Of a DNA stretch of 64,000 nt, positions 50,234-59,721 are shown one piece after another. Below the pieces are notes generated by a model. The model did no database searches and was not told the origin of the DNA. It saw nothing but the letters and a program-made list of their open reading frames with translations. How positions within the stretch are numbered: the stretch's first letter is position 1; every line of letters starts with the position of its first letter. Origin of the DNA: Treponemataceae bacterium (GTDB lineage Bacteria > Spirochaetota > Spirochaetia > Treponematales > Rectinemataceae); the NCBI GenBank assembly GCA_963678065.2, contig CAXXVZ010000003.1, forward strand, positions 704,001 through 768,000. The letters run 5' to 3'. The position numbers were made by a program, and so were the translations under genes.

Positions 50234-50734
50234 GTGGATTATTTTTTCAATTTCGACAAACTCGGATACCTGAAAGGCAAAAAACCGGAAGGCTGCATCC
50301 TCTGCATGGTTGCCGCGGGATCGGAGGACGTGGACAAGCTCGTCGTGTACGAGTCCGGACGCTTCATCGTGTCCCTCAACCTCTACCCCTACAACCCGGG
50401 ACATCTCATCGTATTTCCTATCCGCCATGTCCTCGACATCCGCGGACTCGATCCCGATGAGCGCAGGGAATTCGACGCGGTGTCGGATGCCTGCCTCAAT
50501 GTTCTCGACAAGGTCCACGGTCCGGCGGGCTACAACATCGGCTTCAACATGGGCCTCGTGGCCGGGGCGAGCATCGACCACCTCCATCTTCACATCATTC
50601 CCCGCTACCACAGGGAAATAGGAATCGCCGAGCTCCTGGCTGGCAAGCGCGTTCTCGTGCAGGATCCGAGGGAAACTCAGATACTGCTGAAGGCCGCCTT
50701 TGGCCTTCAGTATCCGGAGGGTGTCAGGTTCTGA
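50234..50734 (+). CDS. HIT family nucleotide hydrolase
   Basis: CILC, LNLYPYNPGH, AGASIDHLHLHIIPR; AGGAGG RBS before GTG. Confidence 0.92.
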   Translation: MDYFFNFDKLGYLKGKKPEGCILCMVAAGSEDVDKLVVYESGRFIVSLNLYPYNPGHLIVFPIRHVLDIRGLDPDERREFDAVSDACLNVLDKVHGPAGYNIGFNMGLVAGASIDHLHLHIIPRYHREIGIAELLAGKRVLVQDPRETQILLKAAFGLQYPEGVRF

Positions 50735-51363
50735 ATTTCAGCAGGGGCGGTTATCACGAGGAGGTCTCCTCTCCCCGCCCTGATCGCGAAATCCCGGCCT
50801 GTGCACTCGTTGCTGATGCCGAATCCGCCCGGTCCCCACGCGAGACCCGCGAGCGGCCATCTGAGACCAGAACTCTCCATGCCGCTCGCGCCGCATGCGA
50901 GGGGAAACACCGACACGCGCGAGCCGGAAACTGACGCACGGCGGAACTCGCATCCTTCCCGGACGAGGAACACCTCATCTCCTTTTGTGTGCCATTCCTC
51001 CGGCCTCGGCTCTCGCTCGAAAATGGCGCGTATGGCGAGGAGGTGGTCGAGCCTTCCTCCTCCTCCTCCGGCGAGGACGATACCGTCCTTGGTCCTTTTC
51101 CTGACTTCGGCCAATGCGATCTCCGTATCGGTATCGTCCTTCATGGCGGGAAACCGCAGTATCTCGGCCCGGGGAAACGCACAGAGCAGCTTCATATCCG
51201 CGAGGGAATCCATATCGCCGACGATGAGGTTGGGCAAGAGTCCCCAGGCGGCGGCCGTTTCGAGGCCTGAATCGGCCGCACAGACGAGACTGTAGCTCAT
51301 CCCCGCCCCGAGGATCCGCTCCCGGGACGGAGCTTCTCCGCCCGTGACGATGAGTGCTTTCAT
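50707..51363 (-). CDS. thiN: Thiamine diphosphokinase
   Basis: CAADSG, GDMDS, KDDTDTEIAL, GGRLDH, GISNE. Confidence 0.92.
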   Translation of the reverse strand: MKALIVTGGEAPSRERILGAGMSYSLVCAADSGLETAAAWGLLPNLIVGDMDSLADMKLLCAFPRAEILRFPAMKDDTDTEIALAEVRKRTKDGIVLAGGGGGRLDHLLAIRAIFEREPRPEEWHTKGDEVFLVREGCEFRRASVSGSRVSVFPLACGASGMESSGLRWPLAGLAWGPGGFGISNECTGRDFAIRAGRGDLLVITAPAEIQNLTPSGY

Positions 51364-51457
51364 CGCCGGGAAGAGTCCACCGCGGGGAAGCGCCGTGTCA
51401 AGTCGTCGCGCCCTCCCCGGTTGTCCATCTCCCGCGCGACGGTATAGTCTGTAATCC

Positions 51458-52813
51458 ATGCGGACGATACGGGTCCCCCGGGAAATCCAGGAATTCGCCT
51501 CCATTCTCGCCGGGGCTGGCTGGCAGTGCTATATCGTCGGCGGTGCGGTGCGCGATGCCCTGCTCGGAAGAGCCGTGAATGATTTCGACGTGGCGACCGA
51601 CGCCAGACCCGAGGATGTCATCGCCTGCTTCCGGCAGGTAATCCCCACAGGCATCAGGCACGGCACCGTCACCGTCATCTATCGCGGATACATGATAGAG
51701 ACCACCACCTACCGGACTGAGACAGAGTATTCGGACGCGCGTCGTCCGGACAGGGTCGAGTATTCTTCCTCGATACATGAAGATCTCGAACGGCGCGATT
51801 TCACCATAAACGCCATGGCCTACGATCCCCTCGCGGGAATCCTTCTCGATCTCCACGACGGCCGCGGCGACCTGAAACGGAAACTTGTCCGCGCGGTCGG
51901 CCGCCCCCTCGAGCGCTTCGCCGAAGACGGCCTCAGGCCCATGAGGGCTCTCCGTTTCGCCGCCCAGCTGGGATTCGAGATCGAGAAGGACACCTTCGAT
52001 GCGATAGCGCCCACTCTCGGCCGTCTGGCCATGGTCTCGATGGAGCGTATCCGCGACGAGTTCTCCAAGATCATGCTCTCGCCCCGACCCTCAGCGGGAA
52101 TTTCCCTCATGGAGAAGTCAGGGATGCTCGAACTCCTCCTGCCCGAACTCGCGACCTGCAGGGGAGTCCTCCAGAAAGGGATGCACAGCTTCGACGTGCT
52201 CGACCACTGCATGCTCTCCGCCGACGCGGCGCCCGCGGACCTTGTCCTCCGGCTCGCGGCCCTCTTCCACGACATAGGCAAGCCCGAATCCATGAAGACG
52301 GGCGCCGACGGGTCTCCGACCTTCCACCGCCACGAGGAGCTCTCGGTCAGGGGCGGCGAGGCCATACTGAAACGCTTCCGCTATCCCGGATCGGTCATCA
52401 GGGAAGTCTGCCATCTCGTCACAAACCACATGTTCAACTACAGCGGGGAATGGAGCGATGCGGCAGTCAGACGCTTCGTCGCGAAGGTGGGCGAAGAGAA
52501 CATCGACGCCCTCTTCGAGTTGAGGCTCGCCGATGGAACGGGTATGACCGGCAGGCAGGCCGACCCGTCGCCCTTGTCGGAATTCCGCGCCCGCATCGAC
52601 GGAGTTCTCGCCCGCGACCATGCGCTCTCGGTGAAGGATCTCGCCGTGGGCGGTGAGGATCTCGCCCGACTCGGCATCCCGAAAGGTCCAGTCATGGGTC
52701 GCATCCTCGCCGAACTGCTCGAGACCGTCCTCGATGATCCTGCGCAGAACAACGCAACGACTCTGTCGCGCATCGCGGCGAACCTGGGCGAGAAATACCG
52801 GAGGAAAAGCTGA
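51458..52813 (+). CDS. cca: CCA tRNA nucleotidyltransferase with HD domain
   Basis: VGGAVRD, DFDVAT, RRDFTINAMA, EDGLRPMR, FHDIGK. Confidence 0.88.
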   Translation: MRTIRVPREIQEFASILAGAGWQCYIVGGAVRDALLGRAVNDFDVATDARPEDVIACFRQVIPTGIRHGTVTVIYRGYMIETTTYRTETEYSDARRPDRVEYSSSIHEDLERRDFTINAMAYDPLAGILLDLHDGRGDLKRKLVRAVGRPLERFAEDGLRPMRALRFAAQLGFEIEKDTFDAIAPTLGRLAMVSMERIRDEFSKIMLSPRPSAGISLMEKSGMLELLLPELATCRGVLQKGMHSFDVLDHCMLSADAAPADLVLRLAALFHDIGKPESMKTGADGSPTFHRHEELSVRGGEAILKRFRYPGSVIREVCHLVTNHMFNYSGEWSDAAVRRFVAKVGEENIDALFELRLADGTGMTGRQADPSPLSEFRARIDGVLARDHALSVKDLAVGGEDLARLGIPKGPVMGRILAELLETVLDDPAQNNATTLSRIAANLGEKYRRKS

Positions 52814-52828
52814 AAACGGGGAAGGGCT

Positions 52829-53614
52829 TTAGCGCTCTTCTATCTGCAGAAGCCGCGCGGACTCGAGCCCGCCTTCGGCGATGATGGCCTCGTAGGCTGC
52901 GCGGGCGGCGGCCTGCTCGGCTTCTTTTTTGTTCTTGCCTTCACCCGGGCCATAGCTGTTCGGGCCAATCACGCAGCTCACGCGGAAAGTCCTGTCGTGG
53001 TCAGGTCCCCTGCCCTCGCCTTCCTCATAGACCGGGTGAGTCTGGGCATATTTCTGGACATATTCCTGGATAATAGTCTTGTAGTCTTTCTTGTGCCGGT
53101 TTCTGAGAACTTTTTCGATTTCGGGGTCGACAAGCCTGCGCACGAGGTCGCTGGCCGCCTCGATTCCGGAATCCAGGAAGTACGCGCCGATGAGGGCCTC
53201 GAGCGCGTCGGCGAGGATGGCTTTCTTTTTCCTGCCCCCCGACATCTCCTCGCCCTTGCCCATGAGAAGAAGCCCGTCTAGGCCGAGTGAGAGCGAGAGC
53301 CCGGACAGCGTATCCTCGGATACGATGAAGCTCTTTATCCTCGCCAGCTCGCCCTCGGGTTTCGATTCGAACATCCCGTACAGGCGGGAAGCCACCACCA
53401 TGCCAAGGACAGCGTCGCCGAGGAACTCGAGCCTCTCGTTGTTGCGCTGACGCGATGGATTCTCGTTGCAATAGGAGCGGTGGGTAAAAGAAAGGTTCAG
53501 AAGCTCGAGGCTTCTGAACCTGATGTTGAAAGTCTTCTGGAATGTCCTGAGGATCTTCGAACGTTCGGGGCTTGTGCTGTCCTCTCTGTGCACGAAGATC
53601 CATCCGGCCCGCAA
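52829..53614 (-). CDS. rnc: Ribonuclease III
   Basis: NERLEFLGDAVL, ADALEALIGA, dsRBD (DYKT..QE, KKEAEQAAA); start uncertain. Confidence 0.95.
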   Translation of the reverse strand: MRAGWIFVHREDSTSPERSKILRTFQKTFNIRFRSLELLNLSFTHRSYCNENPSRQRNNERLEFLGDAVLGMVVASRLYGMFESKPEGELARIKSFIVSEDTLSGLSLSLGLDGLLLMGKGEEMSGGRKKKAILADALEALIGAYFLDSGIEAASDLVRRLVDPEIEKVLRNRHKKDYKTIIQEYVQKYAQTHPVYEEGEGRGPDHDRTFRVSCVIGPNSYGPGEGKNKKEAEQAAARAAYEAIIAEGGLESARLLQIEER

Positions 53615-53620
53615 AGAGGC

Positions 53621-53857
53621 TTACTTTACCTGGGACTTGATGAACTCGTACGCGTCCTTGACGGTTTCGAACTCGTTGGCCTTCTCGTCCGGGATGGTGA
53701 TGCCCATCTCTTCCTCGATGCCGTACACGAGTTCGTAGGTGTCGAGGGAGTCGGCGCCGAGGTCCTGGCGGAAGCTGGCGTCCATGGTGATCTTGCTCTC
53801 TTCGACTTCAAGCTTTTCGGCGATTATCTTCTTCACTCTTTCGAACAGTTCGTCCAT
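53621..53857 (-). CDS. acpP: Acyl carrier protein
   Basis: DLGADSLD phosphopantetheine site. Confidence 0.96.
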   Translation of the reverse strand: MDELFERVKKIIAEKLEVEESKITMDASFRQDLGADSLDTYELVYGIEEEMGITIPDEKANEFETVKDAYEFIKSQVK

Positions 53858-53869
53858 TGGGGTCTCTCC

Positions 53870-54055
53870 TTACTTGGATTCGGGCGTAATGATCTGACGT
53901 CCGCGATAGAAACCGCACTTGGGGCAAATCCTGTGCAAGAGTACAGGGTTCCCGCAATTCGCGCATTCGACAACAGCGGGAGCGGTGAGTTTCATATTGA
54001 TGGAGTGGCGACGTCGTGTACGCGCTTTGGATGTCTTGAATTTAGGTACAGCCAT
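53870..54055 (-). CDS. rpmF: 50S ribosomal protein L32
   Basis: MAVPKFKTSKARTRRR, CxxC...HRICxxCGFYRG. Confidence 0.96.
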   Translation of the reverse strand: MAVPKFKTSKARTRRRHSINMKLTAPAVVECANCGNPVLLHRICPKCGFYRGRQIITPESK

Positions 54056-54128
54056 TTGTACAACCTCATTCGTGATTAAAGTTTCCGGAACAGTATGCCG
54101 ACCGACACCCTACACCGTGCATTTCCAT

Positions 54129-54162
54129 ATTGTCAAGACATCCTCATTGTCAAGACATCCTC
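54129..54162. repeat. Perfect 17-bp tandem duplication upstream of rpmF
   Basis: ATTGTCAAGACATCCTC x2; each copy reads TTGACA on the minus strand. Confidence 0.9.
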
Positions 54163-54210
54163 CGGAGTCATCCAAAATCGAGGAAAAGGCAGGAAAAGGT
54201 CGCACCCGGC

Positions 54211-54687
54211 TCACGGCCTCCTGTCGGCGAGGGCTTTGAGCACCGGGGATGGCACCAAGGCCGAGATATCCCGGCGGAAATGGGCGAATTCCTTCACCGC
54301 GCTCGAACTGAGCGTCGAATAGCGCGGATCGGCACAGATGAGGAAGGTTTCGATCGTCGGCTCAAGCTGACTGTTGAGGATGGCCATGTCGTATTCGGAA
54401 GCGAAGTCAGTTATTCCCCGGACTCCCCTGACGAGGATCGTACAGCCCGCGTTCCGCGCATAATCGACCACGAGTCCATCCCATACCGCGACAAAGACAT
54501 TCGTCATCGCATCGGTGCTGGCGGTCAGAAGCTGCGCCCGCTCCTCAGGTTCGAAGAGGCCCCTCTTGTTCCTGTTCGCCGCGACGACGACGTGGAGCGT
54601 CTCGAAGATCGAGGACGCCCTCGCGATGATGTCGAGGTGGCCGAAGGTGGGAGGATCGAAGGAGCCCGCGAAAACCGCATGTGCCAT
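54211..54687 (-). CDS. coaD: Phosphopantetheine adenylyltransferase
   Basis: GSFDPPTFGHLDII, LVRGVR, LSSSAVKE. Confidence 0.94.
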   Translation of the reverse strand: MAHAVFAGSFDPPTFGHLDIIARASSIFETLHVVVAANRNKRGLFEPEERAQLLTASTDAMTNVFVAVWDGLVVDYARNAGCTILVRGVRGITDFASEYDMAILNSQLEPTIETFLICADPRYSTLSSSAVKEFAHFRRDISALVPSPVLKALADRRP

Positions 54688-54810
54688 GAGCAACTGTAAA
54701 CCGGGCTTATGGACGGGTCAATACTGAGTTCTTCCATCTTCCACAAGATGGAGGCGGGCGGGTACAGTAGGGGCATGTTTCTGCCTACCACGTCGACACG
54801 AAGTTCCGGT

Positions 54811-56517
54811 ATGGAACGGAGCCTTCCCGAGATCCTGGCCATGGCCGCCTTCTCCGCGGTGCTCCTCGGTGCCGCCCTTCCCAACGAAGTCTTCAGGCTC
54901 GGTCTCTGGCCACTCGGCTTTATCGCCCTCGCGCCCCTCTACGAGGCTCTGAGGCAGGCTCCGGACCACCGGACGGCGGCCCTCGCAGGCGCGGTATTCG
55001 GAGCCCTCCAACACGCCATTTCCAGCTACTGGCTATTCTTCTACAAGAATTTTGCCCTCTGGACGATAGGCGGCACGACGCTCGCGTATGCGGTGGTCTA
55101 CACCCTCCCCGCCCTCTATCTCTCTTTCGTCGCCAAAAGAGCCCGTTTCTGTGGCCCTGCACTCTTCGCCCTCGTCTGGGCCGTATTCGAGTACGGCAAG
55201 TCGACGGGCTTTCTTGGTTATCCCTGGGGCCTCATCCCCTACTCCCTGAGCTCTCTGCCCATCACGCTCCAAGTGGCCGATATCACGGGGGTGTACGGCC
55301 TCTCCGCCCTCCTCGCCCTCTCCTCGGCCGTGACCGCCGTCGCCCTCGACAGGCTTGGAGCCAGGCTCCGGACCGGACTCTTTTCTCCTGCCCGAACTGC
55401 TTCACTCGCCGCGCCCGCAGAGTATGCGCCGAACCTCCCTCGCGGGCCGGTCCTGCCCTGGCTCGTCTTCCTGTCTGTGTGCTGGGCCTTAGTGCTTGGA
55501 TACGGATTCTATCGCATGACCGAGCCACGCCGTCCCGACAAAACCTTCCGGGCAGCCGTCGTCCAGCAGAACATTGATCCCTGGTATGAAGGAGACGAGG
55601 CTGCCCTCGAGTCCAATGTCCGGCTCGCGAGGAAGGCCTTTGATGCCGATGTCGCGTCGACAACCGGCGCTGCCGGCGCGGAGAGAAAGCCGGATCTCGT
55701 CATCTTCAGCGAGACTTCCCTGCGCCGCTCCTATAACGAAAACCACAGCTACTACTCTACCCACCCGAAAGACGATCCTCTTCTGCCCCTCCTGAAGGAA
55801 ACGGAGTCCTGGCTCCTCACGGGAGCGCCCTATGTTCTCGACTGGGCCGAGTTCAAGGTCATGAACGCCGCCATCCTCGTCGATCCCGCGGGGAGGCTCA
55901 TCGACTTCTACGGCAAGAGCCACCCCGTCCCCTTCACCGAAGCCATACCTCTCATGGAATTCGCCTGGTTCCGCGCTTTCATGAAGAACGTGGTGGGCCT
56001 GGAAGGCGGGTGGACGACGGGCACCCGCCTCACGGTCTTCGCGCTTCCTCTCAGACAGGGCGGATCCGTCCGCTTCAGCGTCCCCATCTGCTTCGAGGAC
56101 GCCTTCGCTGATCTGTGCGGCGATTTCGTGCGGGAGGGCGCAGAGATTCTCGTCAACATCACGAACGATTCCTGGTCCAAAACGGTGAGCGCCGAGGTCC
56201 AGCACTGGGCCGCCGCACGCTTCAGGGCCATCGAGACGAGACGGACCCTCGTCCGCTCCACCAACGGCGGCGTCTCGTGCATTGTCGGCCCGACGGGCGA
56301 AAACCTCTTCGAGCTGCCTCTTTTCGAGGCCGGGGCGGAGGTTGTGGATGTCCCCGTCTACACGGGGAATGGCCTCACTGTGTATACCCGATACAGGGAC
56401 TGGTTCGTCGCGCTCAGCGTGTTACTTTCGGCCATTTCGATCATTGTTCTTGGTACAAGGATAAAAGGAGGCAGTCATGAGCATCTCCGAATACCTCGAG
56501 TCGACACCCTTCACTGA
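54811..56517 (+). CDS. lnt: Apolipoprotein N-acyltransferase
   Basis: GYPWG, VQQNIDP, FSETS, YGKSHPVPF, PICFED, NITNDSW; start uncertain (54775 possible). Confidence 0.92.
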   Translation: MERSLPEILAMAAFSAVLLGAALPNEVFRLGLWPLGFIALAPLYEALRQAPDHRTAALAGAVFGALQHAISSYWLFFYKNFALWTIGGTTLAYAVVYTLPALYLSFVAKRARFCGPALFALVWAVFEYGKSTGFLGYPWGLIPYSLSSLPITLQVADITGVYGLSALLALSSAVTAVALDRLGARLRTGLFSPARTASLAAPAEYAPNLPRGPVLPWLVFLSVCWALVLGYGFYRMTEPRRPDKTFRAAVVQQNIDPWYEGDEAALESNVRLARKAFDADVASTTGAAGAERKPDLVIFSETSLRRSYNENHSYYSTHPKDDPLLPLLKETESWLLTGAPYVLDWAEFKVMNAAILVDPAGRLIDFYGKSHPVPFTEAIPLMEFAWFRAFMKNVVGLEGGWTTGTRLTVFALPLRQGGSVRFSVPICFEDAFADLCGDFVREGAEILVNITNDSWSKTVSAEVQHWAAARFRAIETRRTLVRSTNGGVSCIVGPTGENLFELPLFEAGAEVVDVPVYTGNGLTVYTRYRDWFVALSVLLSAISIIVLGTRIKGGSHEHLRIPRVDTLH

Positions 56518-56863
56518 TCTCGTGAAATATCATACCGGTCAGAAGAGCGAGGCCATTCCATTCTGCGGGACCCTCCGCAAGCATCCCTACGATACCGAAA
56601 AGTGCATCCTCATCGGCGATCCGGCCGGCGAGGACACAGGCATATATGAGTTCCGTGTGGCCGACGTGATCGCAGTGGACGAAATGCCCCTTCCCGTCAG
56701 CGAAAGCGGGGGCGCCCGCAGGCTCGTCCGGCTCTGGGTTCTCAAGGGCTCCATCGCCATCCGCTACGAGCCCTTCGAGGTTGGATCTCCCTCCGGCGCG
56801 GGCGGCCAGTCCCCGCATCTGCGCGAGCGCATTATCAGGAGCGTCCACTCCAGCCGGAGCTGA
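56477..56863 (+). CDS. Hypothetical protein
   Basis: Strong AAGGAGG RBS; host-like codon style; GTLRKHPYD motif. Confidence 0.7.
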   Translation: MSISEYLESTPFTDLVKYHTGQKSEAIPFCGTLRKHPYDTEKCILIGDPAGEDTGIYEFRVADVIAVDEMPLPVSESGGARRLVRLWVLKGSIAIRYEPFEVGSPSGAGGQSPHLRERIIRSVHSSRS

Positions 56864-56961
56864 GGAGCCGGGCTACCCTGGCAAAAAATGGATCCCATTT
56901 TTTTAAAAAACCATATTGACATGTTTTCGCGTTTTTGGCATTGTGAGTTCACCGATTGCAC

Positions 56962-57035
56962 GGTGGATGTAGCTCAGGTGGTAGAGCGCCAGACTGTGGA
57001 TCTGGGTGCCGAGGGTTCAAGTCCCTTCATCCACC
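56962..57035 (+). tRNA. tRNA-His(GTG)
   Basis: Cloverleaf, anticodon arm CCAGA-CTGTGGA-TCTGG, encoded G-1; CCA not encoded. Confidence 0.95.
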
Positions 57036-57089
57036 CTGGACCGCATCCGACTCCGGGTCCGGTCGAGTGGTCCTTAAAAACCACGATAC

Positions 57090-57163
57090 GCGTTCGTAGC
57101 TCAGCTGGATAGAGCGACGGACTTCGAATCCGTAGGTCGCAGGTTCGACTCCTGTCGGACGCA
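57090..57163 (+). tRNA. tRNA-Arg(TCG)
   Basis: Anticodon arm ACGGA-CTTCGAA-TCCGT; GGTTCGACTCC T arm. Confidence 0.95.
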
Positions 57164-57181
57164 CGTGCACTTCAGGGACAT

Positions 57182-57254
57182 GGGCCGCTAGCTCAGCTGG
57201 CAGAGCAGCAGACTCTTAATCTGCGGGTCGCAGGTTCGATGCCTGCGCGGCTCA
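57182..57254 (+). tRNA. tRNA-Lys(CTT)
   Basis: Anticodon arm GCAGA-CTCTTAA-TCTGC. Confidence 0.95.
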
Positions 57255-57255
57255 G

Positions 57256-57298
57256 ATTCAATAAAAAGGAAAGCGTCGAGCTTTCCTTTTTATTGAAT
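57256..57298 (+). terminator. Intrinsic terminator after tRNA-Lys
   Basis: ATTCAATAAAAAGGAAAGC-N5-GCTTTCCTTTTTATTGAAT. Confidence 0.8.
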
Positions 57299-57331
57299 GT
57301 GTTTGGCGCCTCGGCGCGAAGCACATGGATC

Positions 57332-57361
57332 TTGACAGCCCGGAGTGTCGTCCGCTAGCAT
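57332..57361 (+). promoter_or_regulatory. Sigma70 promoter for tRNA-Leu/tRNA-Gly
   Basis: TTGACA-N18-TAGCAT followed by a GC-rich discriminator. Confidence 0.65.
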
Positions 57362-57370
57362 TCGCCGCGC

Positions 57371-57451
57371 GCGAGAGTGGTGGAATGGCAGACACGCCAG
57401 ACTTAGGATCTGGTACCTTCGGGTGTGAGGGTTCAAGTCCCTTCTCTCGCA
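57371..57451 (+). tRNA. tRNA-Leu(TAG)
   Basis: Anticodon arm CCAGA-CTTAGGA-TCTGG; variable arm. Confidence 0.95.
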
Positions 57452-57488
57452 GTACGCGAGCAAATCGCAATGCGCGGAAGGTAATCGC

Positions 57489-57563
57489 GCGGGAATAGCT
57501 CAGTGGTAGAGCGCGACCTTGCCAAGGTCGATGTCGCGGGTCCGACTCCCGTTTCCCGCTCCA
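57489..57563 (+). tRNA. tRNA-Gly(GCC)
   Basis: Anticodon arm CGACC-TTGCCAA-GGTCG; encoded CCA. Confidence 0.95.
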
Positions 57564-57569
57564 AAGGAC

Positions 57570-57607
57570 GAGGCGATTCGGGCAATGCCGAATCGCCTCT
57601 TTTTTTT
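57570..57607 (+). terminator. Intrinsic terminator after tRNA-Gly
   Basis: GAGGCGATTCGG-N6-CCGAATCGCCTC followed by T8. Confidence 0.88.
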
Positions 57608-57718
57608 CGCCCGGACACGGCTTCGTTCCTCCAGACGGAGGCTATCCGTTCCGGTCTCCTGGTCGCGACGGCGACCTGGTCACAGTGCTGACCATATCCT
57701 TGCCACGAGGAAACCAAC

Positions 57719-59071
57719 GTGATCTCCGAAAAGAAAATCGAAAGACTCGAACATTCCGCCGTTAAACTCACCGTAACCGTCCCCCAGGCCGAAGTCAGGA
57801 AGAACTACGATTCCATGATGAAGGAATACTCAAAGACGGTCCACATCGACGGTTTCCGCAAAGGCCACGTCCCCGCATCCGTCCTGGAACGGAAATTCGG
57901 CGACTCCCTCAGAATCGACGCGATGGGCCGCATCCTCGAGTCCGCTGTCGAGGAAGCCGTCAAGGACGCCGAGGAGAAACCCCTCACCTACCGCTCCCCC
58001 GAGCTCGACGGCACGCCTGACTTCGCCCTGGACAAGGATTTCACTTTCAGCGTCAGCTACGACGTCTACCCGACCGTGACTTCCCCCGACTACAAGGGCA
58101 TCGAGGTGACCGTACCCGAAGTTGCAGTCTCAAAGGAAGATGAAGACCGGGAGATCGCCAAGATCCGCGACGCCAACTCCATCGTCGTCGAGAAGGAAGG
58201 GACCGCGGCAAAGGGCGATGTCGTCACCGTCGACTACAGCGAACTTGACGCCGAAGGGAACCCGGTCGAGGGTTCCTCCCGCCAGGATTTCACCTTCGAG
58301 ATCGGGACCGGCTACAACCTCTACAAGTTCGACGATGAAATCGCAGGAATGGCCAAGGATGAGGTCAAGCTCATCGAGAAGGCTTTCCCCGAAGATTACG
58401 AGTACAAGGAGCTCGCCGGACGCAGCGTGAAGCTCTCCGTGAAACTCACCAAGATCAAAGAGAAAAAACTTCCCGACCTCGACGATGAATTCGCCCAGGA
58501 CGTCTCAGAAAAATACAAGACCCTCGCCGACCTCGTCGCCTCCGTCCGCTCCAAGCTCGAGAAGAACCTCGAAAACCGCCTGCGCCAGATGAAGGAACAG
58601 GCCTTAATCGACGCCCTCCTCTCCCGCACGACCATCGAACTCCCCGCCTCCATGATCGACGCCGAACTCGCCATGCGCTGGGAGAACCTGAAGCGCCAGA
58701 TGGGCGTCGATTCCGACGAGAAGATGGTCCAGATCGCCTCCTACTCCGGCAAGACCCGCGAAGGCCTCGCCGCAGAGTGGCGCCCCTCGGCCGAGAAGGG
58801 CATCGCGACCAGGCTCGTTCTGGACCAACTCCTCGAGGAAGGAAAGTACGAGTGCGCCGACGCCGAGCTCGAAGCCGAACTCCAGCGCCAAGCCACGGAG
58901 AGCAATCTTTCCCTGGACGAGGTCAAGGCCGAATACGCCAAGCGCGGCTCGATGGAGTACCTCCGCGAGCGCGTCAAAGAGGATAAACTCTTCGCCGACA
59001 TCCTCGCCGTGGCGACCGTGAAGACCGGCGAGAAAAAAGCATACGTGGACGTCGTCGTGGATAATGAGTAG
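57719..59071 (+). CDS. tig: Trigger factor
   Basis: IDGFRKGHVP ribosome-binding motif; FKBP-like domain; upstream of clpP. Confidence 0.95.
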   Translation: MISEKKIERLEHSAVKLTVTVPQAEVRKNYDSMMKEYSKTVHIDGFRKGHVPASVLERKFGDSLRIDAMGRILESAVEEAVKDAEEKPLTYRSPELDGTPDFALDKDFTFSVSYDVYPTVTSPDYKGIEVTVPEVAVSKEDEDREIAKIRDANSIVVEKEGTAAKGDVVTVDYSELDAEGNPVEGSSRQDFTFEIGTGYNLYKFDDEIAGMAKDEVKLIEKAFPEDYEYKELAGRSVKLSVKLTKIKEKKLPDLDDEFAQDVSEKYKTLADLVASVRSKLEKNLENRLRQMKEQALIDALLSRTTIELPASMIDAELAMRWENLKRQMGVDSDEKMVQIASYSGKTREGLAAEWRPSAEKGIATRLVLDQLLEEGKYECADAELEAELQRQATESNLSLDEVKAEYAKRGSMEYLRERVKEDKLFADILAVATVKTGEKKAYVDVVVDNE

Positions 59072-59097
59072 ATTGAATATCCGTGAGGTACGTCGAC

Positions 59098-59721
59098 ATG
59101 GATGAAAGAATGCACAACCTCGTGCCCATCGTAATCGAGCAGACCGGCATCGGCGAGCGCTCCTACGATATCTACTCGAGGTTGCTGAAGGACAGGATCA
59201 TATTCATAGACGGCGAGATCAACGACCTGACGGCCGATCTCGTCGTCGCACAGCTGCTTTTCCTCGAGTCTCAGGATCCGGAAAAGGATATCTCGATCTA
59301 CATCAATTCGCCCGGAGGATCCGTGACTGCGGGCCTCGCCATATATGACACGATGCAGATCATCAAGCCTGACGTGCAGACCATCTGCCTCGGACAGGCC
59401 GCCTCCATGGGGGCACTCCTTCTCACCGCCGGCAAGAAGGGAAAGCGTTTCGCCCTGCCCTCCTCCCGCGTCCTCATCCACCAGCCCTGGGGCGGCGCTC
59501 AGGGGCAGGCCTCGGACATAAGCCTTCAGGCGCGCGAGATCGTCAGGCTCAAGAAGCTGACCATCGAGTATTTCGCCAAACAGACAGGAAAGGATGTCGC
59601 TGCCGTGGCGGCCGATATGGAGCGCGATTTCTTCATGTCGGCCCAGGAAGCCGTCGGATACGGCCTCGTCGATTCGATCCTCACCAGAAAGGGCAACAAT
59701 GGCGCGCCAGAAATCAAGTGA
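59098..59721 (+). CDS. clpP: ATP-dependent Clp protease proteolytic subunit
   Basis: [35 protein letters not shown]. Confidence 0.97.
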   Translation: MDERMHNLVPIVIEQTGIGERSYDIYSRLLKDRIIFIDGEINDLTADLVVAQLLFLESQDPEKDISIYINSPGGSVTAGLAIYDTMQIIKPDVQTICLGQAASMGALLLTAGKKGKRFALPSSRVLIHQPWGGAQGQASDISLQAREIVRLKKLTIEYFAKQTGKDVAAVAADMERDFFMSAQEAVGYGLVDSILTRKGNNGAPEIK

